64,000 bases of DNA from Ignavibacteriales bacterium (lineage in GTDB: Bacteria > Bacteroidota > Ignavibacteria > Ignavibacteriales > Ignavibacteriaceae), in NCBI GenBank assembly GCA_038214015.1, contig JBBQSH010000001.1, positions 1,407 through 65,406 on the forward strand. Direction: 5' to 3'. The translations under genes were made by a program, and so were the position numbers. Positions 36,316 to 45,037 of the stretch are shown piece by piece. Under the pieces are notes generated by a model. It did not search any database, was not told the origin of the DNA, and saw nothing but the letters and a program-made list of their open reading frames with translations. Numbering within the stretch: the first letter of the stretch is position 1; each line of letters begins with the position of its first letter.

Positions 36316-37670
36316 TATTCATCCTTTTCAATTCCATATTTTTTCATTTTATTATAAAGATGGCTTCGCTGAATTTCGAGTATTTCTGAAGTCTTACTAA
36401 TATTCCAGTCATTAGCTCTAAGCTGTTTAAGAATAAAAACACGTTCTGCTTTTTCTTTAAATTCCTGAAATGAATTACTAGTATCAACAAGTTCATCAAC
36501 AGATTGTTGATTCCCTGCAAACATTATTTCTATATCCTTGCCAGAAATTTCTTTTTTGTCGATAATTATAATTATCCGCTCAACAATGTTTCTTAACTCA
36601 CGCACATTTCCAGTCCACGATTGATTCTGTAAAATTCTAATTGCATCATCAGAAAACTTTGTAACGGGTTTTTTATGTTTTAATGAAATATCATTCGTAA
36701 ATCGTTCAACAAGAATTGGTATATCTTCGGATCTCTCACGAAGAGGGGGGACAACAATTGGAATTACATTCAATCTATGAAACAGATCTTCTCTAAAATT
36801 CCCTTTTTCAATTTCTTCTTTAAGATTTTTATTTGTTGCCGCAATTAAGCGTACATCAACATCTATCTTCTTTCCTCCGCCAACACGCTCTATTCTTCCG
36901 TCTTCAATTGCTCTTAAAACTTTTGCCTGTGCCTGATGAGACATATCGCCGACTTCGTCTAAAAATATTGTTCCTTTGTGGGCAAGTTCAAATCTTCCAA
37001 TCCGCTGCTGAACGGCACCTGTGAAAGAACCTTTTTCATGACCGAATAATTCTGATTCAATAAGTTCATTTGGTATAGCTGCACAATTTACTTCAACAAA
37101 TGGTTTATCTTTACGTTCGCTTTTTTTGTGGATAGCTCGTGCTACTAATTCTTTCCCTGTTCCATTTTCTCCTGTAATTAAAACTCTAGTGTCAAGTGGT
37201 GCAACTTTATCAATCATTTGCAAAATATTTTGGATAGCTTTACTCTTTCCAAGAATTTCACCATCACCTATCCAAACTTTTTTAATTACTTCGTTTTCTT
37301 CTTTTAACGATGCGCTCTCAGTTGCATTACGTACGCTTATTAAAAGTTTATCGCGATCAATTGGTTTTTCAAGGAAATCGAATGCGCCCAGTCGTGTTGC
37401 CTTAATAGCATTTTCAACGCTGCCGTGTGCAGAAATAATAATAACCGATACCGCGGGTTTTTGGTCTTTTAATTTTTTTAGAACTTCAAATCCGTTCATC
37501 TCAGGCATTTGAATATCCAAAAGAACAGCAGAAAAATCCTTAGCAGAAAATTTATCTAACCCTTCATTTGCACTTATTGTAAAATCAACAGCATAACCCT
37601 CATATTCGAGGATCATGTTTATGCTTTCGCAGATTTGAAGTTCATCATCAATAACTAAAACTGATTTCAT
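36315..37670 (-). CDS. sigma-54-dependent response regulator (NtrC family)
   Basis: Receiver domain (LLDIQMPEMNG), AAA+ domain (GENGTGKE, ESELFGHEKGSFTGA) and a C-terminal HTH. Confidence 0.9.
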   Translation of the reverse strand: MKSVLVIDDELQICESINMILEYEGYAVDFTISANEGLDKFSAKDFSAVLLDIQMPEMNGFEVLKKLKDQKPAVSVIIISAHGSVENAIKATRLGAFDFLEKPIDRDKLLISVRNATESASLKEENEVIKKVWIGDGEILGKSKAIQNILQMIDKVAPLDTRVLITGENGTGKELVARAIHKKSERKDKPFVEVNCAAIPNELIESELFGHEKGSFTGAVQQRIGRFELAHKGTIFLDEVGDMSHQAQAKVLRAIEDGRIERVGGGKKIDVDVRLIAATNKNLKEEIEKGNFREDLFHRLNVIPIVVPPLRERSEDIPILVERFTNDISLKHKKPVTKFSDDAIRILQNQSWTGNVRELRNIVERIIIIIDKKEISGKDIEIMFAGNQQSVDELVDTSNSFQEFKEKAERVFILKQLRANDWNISKTSEILEIQRSHLYNKMKKYGIEKDE

Positions 37671-38305
37671 ATTGTAACTCTTAAAAATCTAATTGAACGT
37701 AATAAAAATATTTGTGATGGCAATAACTCTTTATTCTCTTTAAGTAAGGTTCCGAATAATCTGCCGTAATCATTTACATCAAGATCCCGTATATCAACAC
37801 TCGATTGAACTTTAAAATTTTCTTCAAATGCTTCTACAAAATAACCAATTAGCTTTCCTATGTCAAAGATGTTTGATTCGTACGATAGAAAAGCACTACC
37901 GAAAAAATGAGCAAGTTTATCTTTATCGCCATAATCATTTTGTGGAGTATCAAAAAACAGATAGCTAGGAAGATTTTTATTCTTTTCTAAAAAGGTATTT
38001 TCATCCGCAGATGTTAATGGAAAGTTAACGCTTGCACCAATTAATGGAATCTGAATGGGAACTTCACGATACGGAACCGTTGCAAACATTAAAGCAAGTA
38101 AGGCATCAGAAATATTTCCGTTAGTATAGTTTACAGCTTTTGCAAAAATTGAATCAGCGGCTAAGACATCTCCAATTTCATCTCTAAGATTGGTAAAATG
38201 TTCGGAAGCTATATAACTGGAAATATAATTTACTGTTTTGGATAGATTACTTTGCTGGGGAAATGAATTGAGAGAAAAAAAAATAAGTAAAAGGAGAATG
38301 CGCAA
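37667..38305 (-). CDS. hypothetical secreted protein
   Basis: Signal peptide MRILLLLIFFSLNSFPQQ and a 4-nt overlap with the regulator start. No family recognised. Confidence 0.5.
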   Translation of the reverse strand: MRILLLLIFFSLNSFPQQSNLSKTVNYISSYIASEHFTNLRDEIGDVLAADSIFAKAVNYTNGNISDALLALMFATVPYREVPIQIPLIGASVNFPLTSADENTFLEKNKNLPSYLFFDTPQNDYGDKDKLAHFFGSAFLSYESNIFDIGKLIGYFVEAFEENFKVQSSVDIRDLDVNDYGRLFGTLLKENKELLPSQIFLLRSIRFLRVTI

Positions 38306-38308
38306 TTA

Positions 38309-38701
38309 TTATTCCTCAGAGGCTTTGCGAATTTCTTTCGAGAGTTCGGTTAATTTTGATAGGTAGGACTTTTTAATTCTACGAACGATTTCTCTCGTAA
38401 TTTCTTCACTATATATATGCGAAGTTTGATTTCTATCCTCAAGCATATCTAGGAAAACCTCTTCATCTTTAATCAATCCAAAACGAAACGATTCTTTTAA
38501 GGCCTCTTTTGGTGATTTAGTTGTTATGCCTTCAGCAAGGAGGAAAAGTCTAAGTGTTTTCCACAAAAGTACGAAAGTAAATTCAAATCTTTGAATGACC
38601 CCATCATTATCTAATTGATCTTTAGCTTTCTTGATCCCAGTATTTAACTTTGACAAAGCTTTGTTAAATTTTTCTATAGAATAGTTCAGTTCATCTTTCA
38701 T
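38309..38701 (-). CDS. HEPN domain protein, HI0074-type nucleotidyltransferase substrate-binding family (toxin candidate)
   Basis: GVIQRFEFTFVLLWKTLR and RNQTSH (the Rx4-6H HEPN motif). I chose the ATG at 38701 (MKDELNYSI), an 11-nt overlap with the MNT gene, rather than the track start at 38755. Confidence 0.8.
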   Translation of the reverse strand: MKDELNYSIEKFNKALSKLNTGIKKAKDQLDNDGVIQRFEFTFVLLWKTLRLFLLAEGITTKSPKEALKESFRFGLIKDEEVFLDMLEDRNQTSHIYSEEITREIVRRIKKSYLSKLTELSKEIRKASEE

Positions 38702-38978
38702 AAATAATTTTCCCTGTGTTAAGAATAATACTTTTGAAAGATTTCTCAACACCATTTAGATACACTAAATCAATTTTATGCAGTCCAATAATTTTATCAA
38801 TTTTCTCTAAGAATTTTCGTTTTGTACGAAAGTCAACTCTATTTGAATCGATTGCAATGTCGTAGTCAGAATTAGAGGAACTTATACCCTTACCACGTGA
38901 GCCAAATAGAATAACTTTCTTAGGATCAAATTCTTTAATGATGATCTCAAGTATCTTATTTATTTTATTTTCTTTCAT
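38691..38978 (-). CDS. minimal nucleotidyltransferase (MNT) domain protein (antitoxin candidate)
   Basis: LFGSRGKGISSSNSDYDIAI (GSx10-ish DxD NTase motif), 95 aa. Confidence 0.8.
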   Translation of the reverse strand: MKENKINKILEIIIKEFDPKKVILFGSRGKGISSSNSDYDIAIDSNRVDFRTKRKFLEKIDKIIGLHKIDLVYLNGVEKSFKSIILNTGKIIYER

Positions 38979-39004
38979 TTTATAATAATTTTTTTTTACT
39001 CATA

Positions 39005-39012
39005 CAAAATTA
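39005..39012 (-). promoter_or_regulatory. candidate -7 promoter element TAnnTTTG (minus strand)
   Basis: Plus-strand CAAAATTA equals TAATTTTG on the minus strand, 26 nt upstream of the MNT ATG. Confidence 0.3.
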
Positions 39013-39036
39013 AAGAAAGATAGATCAAAAATCTTG

Positions 39037-40692
39037 TTATGTCTGTATCACACCCGGATTAAACTTAGATATTTCTGGATTGTTATTAGCAACTTCCAAA
39101 CACATTGAAATCAATTCGCGAGTTTGTGAGGGATTTATAATCTCATCAATCCATAATCTTGCGGCAGCGTAAAGTGGTATACTTTTTTCATCATAAGATT
39201 TTTGAATATCATGCAGAAGTTTCTTTTTATCCTCATCGCTGAATTTATGTCCGCTCTTTTCTTCCTGCTTTAATTTAATATCCATTAAAACACTGCTTGC
39301 CTGATTACCACCCATAACAGAAATTTTTGCGTTTGGATAAGCAAAGATAAAACGTGGATCATAAGCTTTACCGCACATTGCATAATTACCTGCACCAAAA
39401 CTATTTCCTGTTATTATAGTTATTTTTGGTACAACAGAATTTGCCACAGCATTTACCATCTTTGCACCGTCTTTAATTATACCACCATGTTCAGCTTTAC
39501 TGCCAACCATAAAACCAGTTACATCTTGCAAAAATAAAAGTGGAATTTTTTTCTGGTTACAATTCATAATAAATCTTGTTGCTTTATCCGCGGAGTCAGA
39601 ATAGATAACCCCGCCAACTTGCATTTCGCCAAGCTCAGTTTTTACAACGCTTCTCTGATTAGCCACGATACCAACAGCCCAGCCATCAATTCTTGCGTAA
39701 GCAGTGATTATAGTTTTACCATAGCCAGCCTTGTACTCATCGATCTCAGAATTATCAACAATGCGAGAAATCAATTCATAAGTATCATAAGGTTTTAAAG
39801 TATCTTCAGGTAAGATTCCAAGAATCTCTTTTGTTGGATATTTAGGTAATTTACTTTCTGATCTATCAAATCCTGCGTTTTGTTTCTTTCCAAACTTCTC
39901 AACCAAACTTCTTATTTGTGCAATACACTCTTCATCATTTTTCATTATATAATCTGTAACGCCGGAAATATTTGATTGCACTTTTGCACCGCCAAGTTTT
40001 TCATTATCAATCACTTCACCAATTGCAGCGCGAACAAGATGAGAGCCGGCAAGAAAAACTGAGCCTTCACCTTCAACAATTAATGCTTCATCACTCATAA
40101 TTGGAAGATAGGCTCCACCAGCAACGCAGGGTCCCATAATTGCAGCTATTTGAGGAATACCCATAGAAGACATTTTAGCATTGTTGCGAAAGATTCTTCC
40201 AAAATGTTCTTTATCAGGAAAAATATCTTCCTGAAGAGGAAGGAAAACTCCAGCACTATCAACCAAATAAATTATTGGGATGTGATTTTCCATTGCAATT
40301 TCCTGTGCGCGCAAATTCTTTTTTGCAGTGATAGGAAACCATGCGCCAGCTTTTACAGTTGCATCATTTGCAACGATGACGCAATCACGGTTGTGTATTT
40401 TCCCAATTCCATAAAGGGTGCCCGATGAAGGAGCGCCGCCATATTCTTCATACATTCCGTAAGCGGCAAAAGTACTTAATTCATAAAACTTTTTGGAATC
40501 ATCAACAAGTAAATTAATTCTTTCACGTGCGGTTAATTTACCTTTAGCTTTATGTTTTTCAATTGCTTTCTTTCCGCCGCCCTCCTTTACTTTTTCTTTT
40601 ATTGCTTCAAGCTTACGAAGTAACTCTTTTTGATAATCCTCTCGTTTTAAAAAGGTTTCATTCTCTTGTTTAGGTGATCCAATTGATTTCAT
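39037..40692 (-). CDS. acyl-CoA carboxylase carboxyltransferase (beta) subunit, methylcrotonyl-CoA carboxylase-like
   Basis: KLTARERINLL, DATVKAGAWFP, FPDKEHFGRIFRNNAKMSSMGIPQIAAIMGPCVAGGAYLP. I chose the ATG at 40692 (MKSIGSPK); the track extends to the GTG at 40731. Confidence 0.85.
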   Translation of the reverse strand: MKSIGSPKQENETFLKREDYQKELLRKLEAIKEKVKEGGGKKAIEKHKAKGKLTARERINLLVDDSKKFYELSTFAAYGMYEEYGGAPSSGTLYGIGKIHNRDCVIVANDATVKAGAWFPITAKKNLRAQEIAMENHIPIIYLVDSAGVFLPLQEDIFPDKEHFGRIFRNNAKMSSMGIPQIAAIMGPCVAGGAYLPIMSDEALIVEGEGSVFLAGSHLVRAAIGEVIDNEKLGGAKVQSNISGVTDYIMKNDEECIAQIRSLVEKFGKKQNAGFDRSESKLPKYPTKEILGILPEDTLKPYDTYELISRIVDNSEIDEYKAGYGKTIITAYARIDGWAVGIVANQRSVVKTELGEMQVGGVIYSDSADKATRFIMNCNQKKIPLLFLQDVTGFMVGSKAEHGGIIKDGAKMVNAVANSVVPKITIITGNSFGAGNYAMCGKAYDPRFIFAYPNAKISVMGGNQASSVLMDIKLKQEEKSGHKFSDEDKKKLLHDIQKSYDEKSIPLYAAARLWIDEIINPSQTRELISMCLEVANNNPEISKFNPGVIQT

Positions 40693-40730
40693 AGTATTGC
40701 CTTTATTTAGAGAATTGATATTATTGCCCA

Positions 40731-40742
40731 CAAATATATTTG
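40731..40742. promoter_or_regulatory. 12-bp perfect palindrome CAAATATATTTG carrying TAnnTTTG on both strands in a divergent intergenic region
   Basis: TATATTTG reads on the plus strand at 40735-40742 and on the minus strand at 40738-40731. It lies 38 nt upstream of the carboxyltransferase ATG at 40692. Confidence 0.3.
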
Positions 40743-40912
40743 TTTACAATTATAAAAAGTAATTATTTACCATTTTCTTTCTTAGATAATATGTTTTTTA
40801 GAATGGTATAATTTTAATCATTTTTTTGTTCTTACAATTTATACTATCTTAAAATAGCAAAACATTTTAATTGAATTTATCAATAGTAAACTAAAAGAAC
40901 GTTTTAGGTTAT

Positions 40913-40993
40913 ATGATGTTATTCCAAAAAATATATATTTCCACAGATTTTTCATTTACACTACATTGTTGTTGCCCGCATTGTTGCTGTTAG
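40913..40993 (+). CDS. 26-codon Cys-rich upstream ORF, candidate cysteine-responsive leader peptide of cysE-cysK
   Basis: My own translation gives MMLFQKIYISTDFSFTLHCCCPHCCC*. AGGT lies 3-6 nt upstream of the tandem ATGs, and the stop is 82 nt before the cysE ATG. Confidence 0.5.
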   Translation: MMLFQKIYISTDFSFTLHCCCPHCCC

Positions 40994-41075
40994 AACTTTA
41001 TTAGAGTCTAACCATTTTCAATTTATTTCATTAGTCCAATAAATAATACATTAAAGAAATTATAAAAAGTATATT

Positions 41076-41933
41076 ATGATTTATTCAAAAGAAAAAAGTT
41101 ATTTAGATTTTGCAGAAAAACTATTGAGCAAAAGAGAAACTCATTTATGCAGTTCTTCATTAAAAAAAAATTCAATCGATTTTTTAAATGAATTAATAGA
41201 TTTTCTGTTTCCACACTTTTCAAGTCGCGATTATATTTCGAAAGAAGATGTTATTGCAAAATTACAACTGCTTGAAAGAAATCTTACTTCGCTCTTGAAA
41301 AACGTTGTTGAACTGCAAGATGCTGAACTTAAAAATATCACTGAGAAGTTTTTATCAATGCTTCCTGTAATCCATGATAGATTGTGGCAAGATGCTGAAG
41401 AAATTCACAATGGAGATCCAGCAGCAGAAAGCATAGATGAAGTTATTCTTGCTTATCCCGGATTTATAGCAATCACAATCTATCGAATAGCTCACGAGCT
41501 TTACAGTCTTAAAGTACCAATTATACCACGAATATTTACAGAACGTGCTCACGAGAAAACAGGAATAGATATTCATCCGGGAGCTCAGATCGATACTCCA
41601 TTCTTTATCGATCATGGAACTGGAATTGTAATTGGTGAAACAACAAAAATCGGCAAGCATGTAAAAATATATCAAGGTGTTACACTAGGGGCTTTAAGTG
41701 TAGATAAAACATTAGCTGATACAAAAAGACATCCAACCATTGAAGATGAAGTTATATTATATTCTCAGGCAGTAATACTTGGGGGAAAAACAACAATTGG
41801 GAAAAATAGTGTAATAGGAGGTAATGCCTGGATAACACAAAGCATTCCTCCCAATTCAATTGTTACCAGTACAATGGAAGTAAAAGTACGCTCATCAAAT
41901 GATAGATTAGACATAATTGACTTTTCAATATAA
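41076..41933 (+). CDS. cysE: serine O-acetyltransferase (long form)
   Basis: GDPAAESIDEVILAYPGF, GIDIHPGAQIDTPFFIDHGTGIVIGETT, and a hexapeptide-repeat C-terminus. Confidence 0.88.
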   Translation: MIYSKEKSYLDFAEKLLSKRETHLCSSSLKKNSIDFLNELIDFLFPHFSSRDYISKEDVIAKLQLLERNLTSLLKNVVELQDAELKNITEKFLSMLPVIHDRLWQDAEEIHNGDPAAESIDEVILAYPGFIAITIYRIAHELYSLKVPIIPRIFTERAHEKTGIDIHPGAQIDTPFFIDHGTGIVIGETTKIGKHVKIYQGVTLGALSVDKTLADTKRHPTIEDEVILYSQAVILGGKTTIGKNSVIGGNAWITQSIPPNSIVTSTMEVKVRSSNDRLDIIDFSI

Positions 41934-41948
41934 ATAATAGGAGCTAGT

Positions 41949-42860
41949 ATGAAATACAACAACATTCTTGAAACAATAGGGAAAACACCTCACTTAAAAA
42001 TAAATCGACTTTTTGGGAGTGATTATGAAGTGTGGGTAAAATTAGAACGAGCAAATCCTGGCGGAAGTATTAAAGATAGAATTGCACTTTCAATGATTGA
42101 AGATGCAGAGAATAAAGGAATTCTAAAAAAAGATACACTAATAGTTGAACCAACTTCCGGTAACACAGGAATTGGGTTAGCTATTGTTGCAGCAGTAAAA
42201 GGTTATAGGCTTATTCTTGTAATGCCGGAATCTATGTCTGTAGAGAGAAGAAAACTTATGTCTGCTTATGGTGCTGAGTTTGAATTGACTCCACGTGAAT
42301 TAGGAATGAAAGGTGCAATTGAGAAAGCAACAGAAATCGTTTCAAAAAACTCTAATGCCTGGATGCCGCAGCAGTTTGATAATCCCTCAAATGTTGATGC
42401 ACATATTAACACGACTGCACAAGAAATTTTATCAGATTTTCCTGAAGGAGTAGATTATTTAATTACCGGAGTGGGAACAGGTGGACATATGACTGGTGTT
42501 GCAAAAGTTCTTAAACAAAAGTTTAGCGATATAAAAGTATTTGCGGTTGAACCTGAATTATCTCCGGTTATTTCAGGTGGAAAACCAGGTCCACATCCAA
42601 TACAAGGAATCGGTGCAGGTTTTATTCCAAAAAATCTTGATGTAGATATATTGGATGGCGTGATCCAGGTTAGCAAAGAAGCAGCATTTGAATTTGCACA
42701 AAGAGCGGCTAAGGAAGAAGGATTATTTGTTGGAGTTTCTTCAGGTGCGTCATTTGCCGCAGTTGCAAAAAAATTAAAAGACATACCCAAAGGAAAAAAA
42801 ATTCTTACATTTAATTATGATACTGGTGAAAGATATCTTTCTATTGAAGGATTGTTTTAA
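41949..42860 (+). CDS. cysK: cysteine synthase A (O-acetylserine sulfhydrylase)
   Basis: NPGGSIKDR (PLP Lys), [20 protein letters not shown]. Confidence 0.92.
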   Translation: MKYNNILETIGKTPHLKINRLFGSDYEVWVKLERANPGGSIKDRIALSMIEDAENKGILKKDTLIVEPTSGNTGIGLAIVAAVKGYRLILVMPESMSVERRKLMSAYGAEFELTPRELGMKGAIEKATEIVSKNSNAWMPQQFDNPSNVDAHINTTAQEILSDFPEGVDYLITGVGTGGHMTGVAKVLKQKFSDIKVFAVEPELSPVISGGKPGPHPIQGIGAGFIPKNLDVDILDGVIQVSKEAAFEFAQRAAKEEGLFVGVSSGASFAAVAKKLKDIPKGKKILTFNYDTGERYLSIEGLF

Positions 42861-42871
42861 TCATTTAAAAA

Positions 42872-42892
42872 CCCCTTCCTTTTGGGAAGGGG
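42872..42892. terminator. bidirectional Rho-independent terminator (cysK / acyl-CoA dehydrogenase convergent pair)
   Basis: CCCCTTCC-TTTTG-GGAAGGGG is flanked by A5 upstream (a T-run for the minus-strand gene) and TT-rich sequence downstream. Confidence 0.8.
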
Positions 42893-42898
42893 TTGGGG

Positions 42899-44059
42899 TT
42901 AGGTTTCCTTTAACAAATCTCTTGCGATAACAATTCTTTGAATTTCTGATGTGCCTTCTCCAATTGTAAGAAGTTTTACATCACGATAAAATTTTTCAAC
43001 AGGATATTCTTTTATAAAACCATATCCGCCAAAAATTTGTACAGCTTCACTTGCTGCTTTTTCCGCAATTTCACTAGCAAAAAGTTTTGCTTCTGCAGCT
43101 TCTTTTGTGTTTGGAATCCCAGCATCCTTCATAGCCGCAGCACGATATGTTAACAATCTTGCAGCTTCAATATTTGTTGCCATCTCAGCAAATTTAAACT
43201 GTATTGCCTGAAAATTAAAAAGTTGTGTGTTAAACTGTTTACGTTCTTGAGAATATTTTAATGCAGCATCAAGTGCGCCTTGAGCTAATCCAACACTATT
43301 TGCAGCAATTGAAATTCTTCCGCCTTCCAAAACTTTCATAGAATTAATAAATCCCATTCCTTCTTCACCTAAAAGATTTTCTGCTGGAACTTTGCAATTT
43401 TCAAAAGCTAGTTGCGTTGTATCGCTGGCTCGCATTCCAAGTTTATTTTCTTTCTTACCAATTATCAAACCTTCCATTCCTTTTTCTAGAATGAATGCTG
43501 ATATTCCTTTTTTGCCAGCTTCTTTATTTGTTATAGCCATAACAACATAAGTTTCACCAACAGTACCGTGAGTTGTAAACTGCTTACTTCCATTTAAAAT
43601 ATAATGATTACCGTTTTTTACAGCGGTACTTAATAATCCGGCAGCATCACTTCCTGAAGAAGATTCTGTTAAACCCCATGCGCCAATTTTCTTTCCGCTT
43701 GCAAGATCAGGTAAATATTTTTTCTTCTGTGAATCATTACCAAAAAGATTTATATGATTCGTGCAAAGTCCATTATGCGCAGCAACAGAAAGCCCAACAG
43801 AAGGATCGATTTTTGAAAGTTCTTCTATGATCAACGCATATTCTACGTATCCTAAACCTGCACCACCGAATTCTTCAGGAACAAGAATACCAAGGAATCC
43901 AAGTTCGCCAAGCTGCTTCATTATTTCCATTGGAAATTTTTGTGCTTCATCATATTCCATAATAAAGGGACGAATACTTTTTTCTGCAAATTCTTTTATT
44001 GTGTTGCGAATGATGATTTGGTTTTCTGTTAGTTCAGTTAAAAATGGTGCTTGTTCCAT
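42899..44059 (-). CDS. acyl-CoA dehydrogenase (short/branched-chain type)
   Basis: GAWGLTESSSGSDA and QIFGGYGFIKEYPVEKFYRDVKLLTIGEGTSEIQR (catalytic Glu context). 386 aa. Confidence 0.88.
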   Translation of the reverse strand: MEQAPFLTELTENQIIIRNTIKEFAEKSIRPFIMEYDEAQKFPMEIMKQLGELGFLGILVPEEFGGAGLGYVEYALIIEELSKIDPSVGLSVAAHNGLCTNHINLFGNDSQKKKYLPDLASGKKIGAWGLTESSSGSDAAGLLSTAVKNGNHYILNGSKQFTTHGTVGETYVVMAITNKEAGKKGISAFILEKGMEGLIIGKKENKLGMRASDTTQLAFENCKVPAENLLGEEGMGFINSMKVLEGGRISIAANSVGLAQGALDAALKYSQERKQFNTQLFNFQAIQFKFAEMATNIEAARLLTYRAAAMKDAGIPNTKEAAEAKLFASEIAEKAASEAVQIFGGYGFIKEYPVEKFYRDVKLLTIGEGTSEIQRIVIARDLLKET

Positions 44060-44082
44060 TAAAGTTCCTTTAAATTCTGTTT

Positions 44083-45036
44083 TTAAATTCTGTTTTTAAA
44101 TTCTTCAATTATTTCTTCAGCAATCTGGTAAGGTGAAAGATTGCCTAAGATTACTTTTTGTAAAGATAAATTTAGGGAATTTTCACCAGTCTCACTCCAC
44201 AGTTCATCTTTTAATTTATGCTCAACAATTTCTTTAATTCTAACTTTTGCTTGTGTCTCTCTTTTTTGAACAAAAAGATTTTTTTCTCTCATAAAAAATT
44301 TGTGTCGATCAATTTCAGTTGCAATATCATCAACACCCTTATTTTCTGAAGCAACTGCTTTAATGATATTTGGTAACCATGAATTTGCATCGTGATCTTT
44401 TATCATAAGTATAGTTTGAAGTGCGGTGTAAGCTTGCTGCGAACCAGGACGGTCGCTTTTATTCAGCACAAAGAAATCTGCAATCTCCATCAAACCGGCT
44501 TTCATTGCCTGAACTGAATCACCACTTTCCGGAACAAGTACCACGATTGTTGTATCAGCAGCTTGAGCAATATCAAGCTCAGACTGTCCGACTCCAACTG
44601 TTTCGAGCAATATTAAATCAAATCCTGCCGCATCCAAAACGTCAGCCGCATCAATTGCTTTTTTTGATAAACCCCCAAGGCTGCCACGAGTAGCCATACT
44701 GCGAATAAAAACTCCATCGTCCATTCCGATGTCTGTCATTCTAACTCTATCGCCAAGCAGTGCGCCGCCGGTAAATGGAGAAGTTGGGTCAACTGCGATT
44801 ATTCCAACTTTTTTATTTTGCTTTCTAAAATGTTTTGTAAGTTGATTTGTAATGGTGCTTTTGCCCGCTCCCGGAGGTCCGGTAATTCCAATACGATATG
44901 CATTGCCAACTTGTTTGTGAATTTCTTTTAAATACTCCGATGCTGAAAAATTATCTGATTCGATGATAGAAATAGCTCGTGCGATTGATCTTCTATCTTC
45001 TTTATAAATTTTTTCAATCAGAATATTATCAATCAT
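44083..45036 (-). CDS. meaB: methylmalonyl-CoA mutase-associated GTPase
   Basis: GPPGAGKST P-loop, ETVGVGQSE, NKSD. ArgK/MeaB family length. Confidence 0.88.
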   Translation of the reverse strand: MIDNILIEKIYKEDRRSIARAISIIESDNFSASEYLKEIHKQVGNAYRIGITGPPGAGKSTITNQLTKHFRKQNKKVGIIAVDPTSPFTGGALLGDRVRMTDIGMDDGVFIRSMATRGSLGGLSKKAIDAADVLDAAGFDLILLETVGVGQSELDIAQAADTTIVVLVPESGDSVQAMKAGLMEIADFFVLNKSDRPGSQQAYTALQTILMIKDHDANSWLPNIIKAVASENKGVDDIATEIDRHKFFMREKNLFVQKRETQAKVRIKEIVEHKLKDELWSETGENSLNLSLQKVILGNLSPYQIAEEIIEEFKNRI

Positions 45037-45037
45037 A

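Noticed and set aside
38702-38755. Longer start for the HEPN gene
   Set aside because: It would overlap the MNT gene by 65 nt. The ATG at 38701 gives the short overlap typical of TA pairs.
40994-41075. Intrinsic terminator/antiterminator downstream of the poly-Cys ORF
   Set aside because: Only a very weak hairpin (TTAGA-G-TCTAA) with a T-rich tail is visible. That is not enough to call an attenuator structure, so the mechanism is left open.
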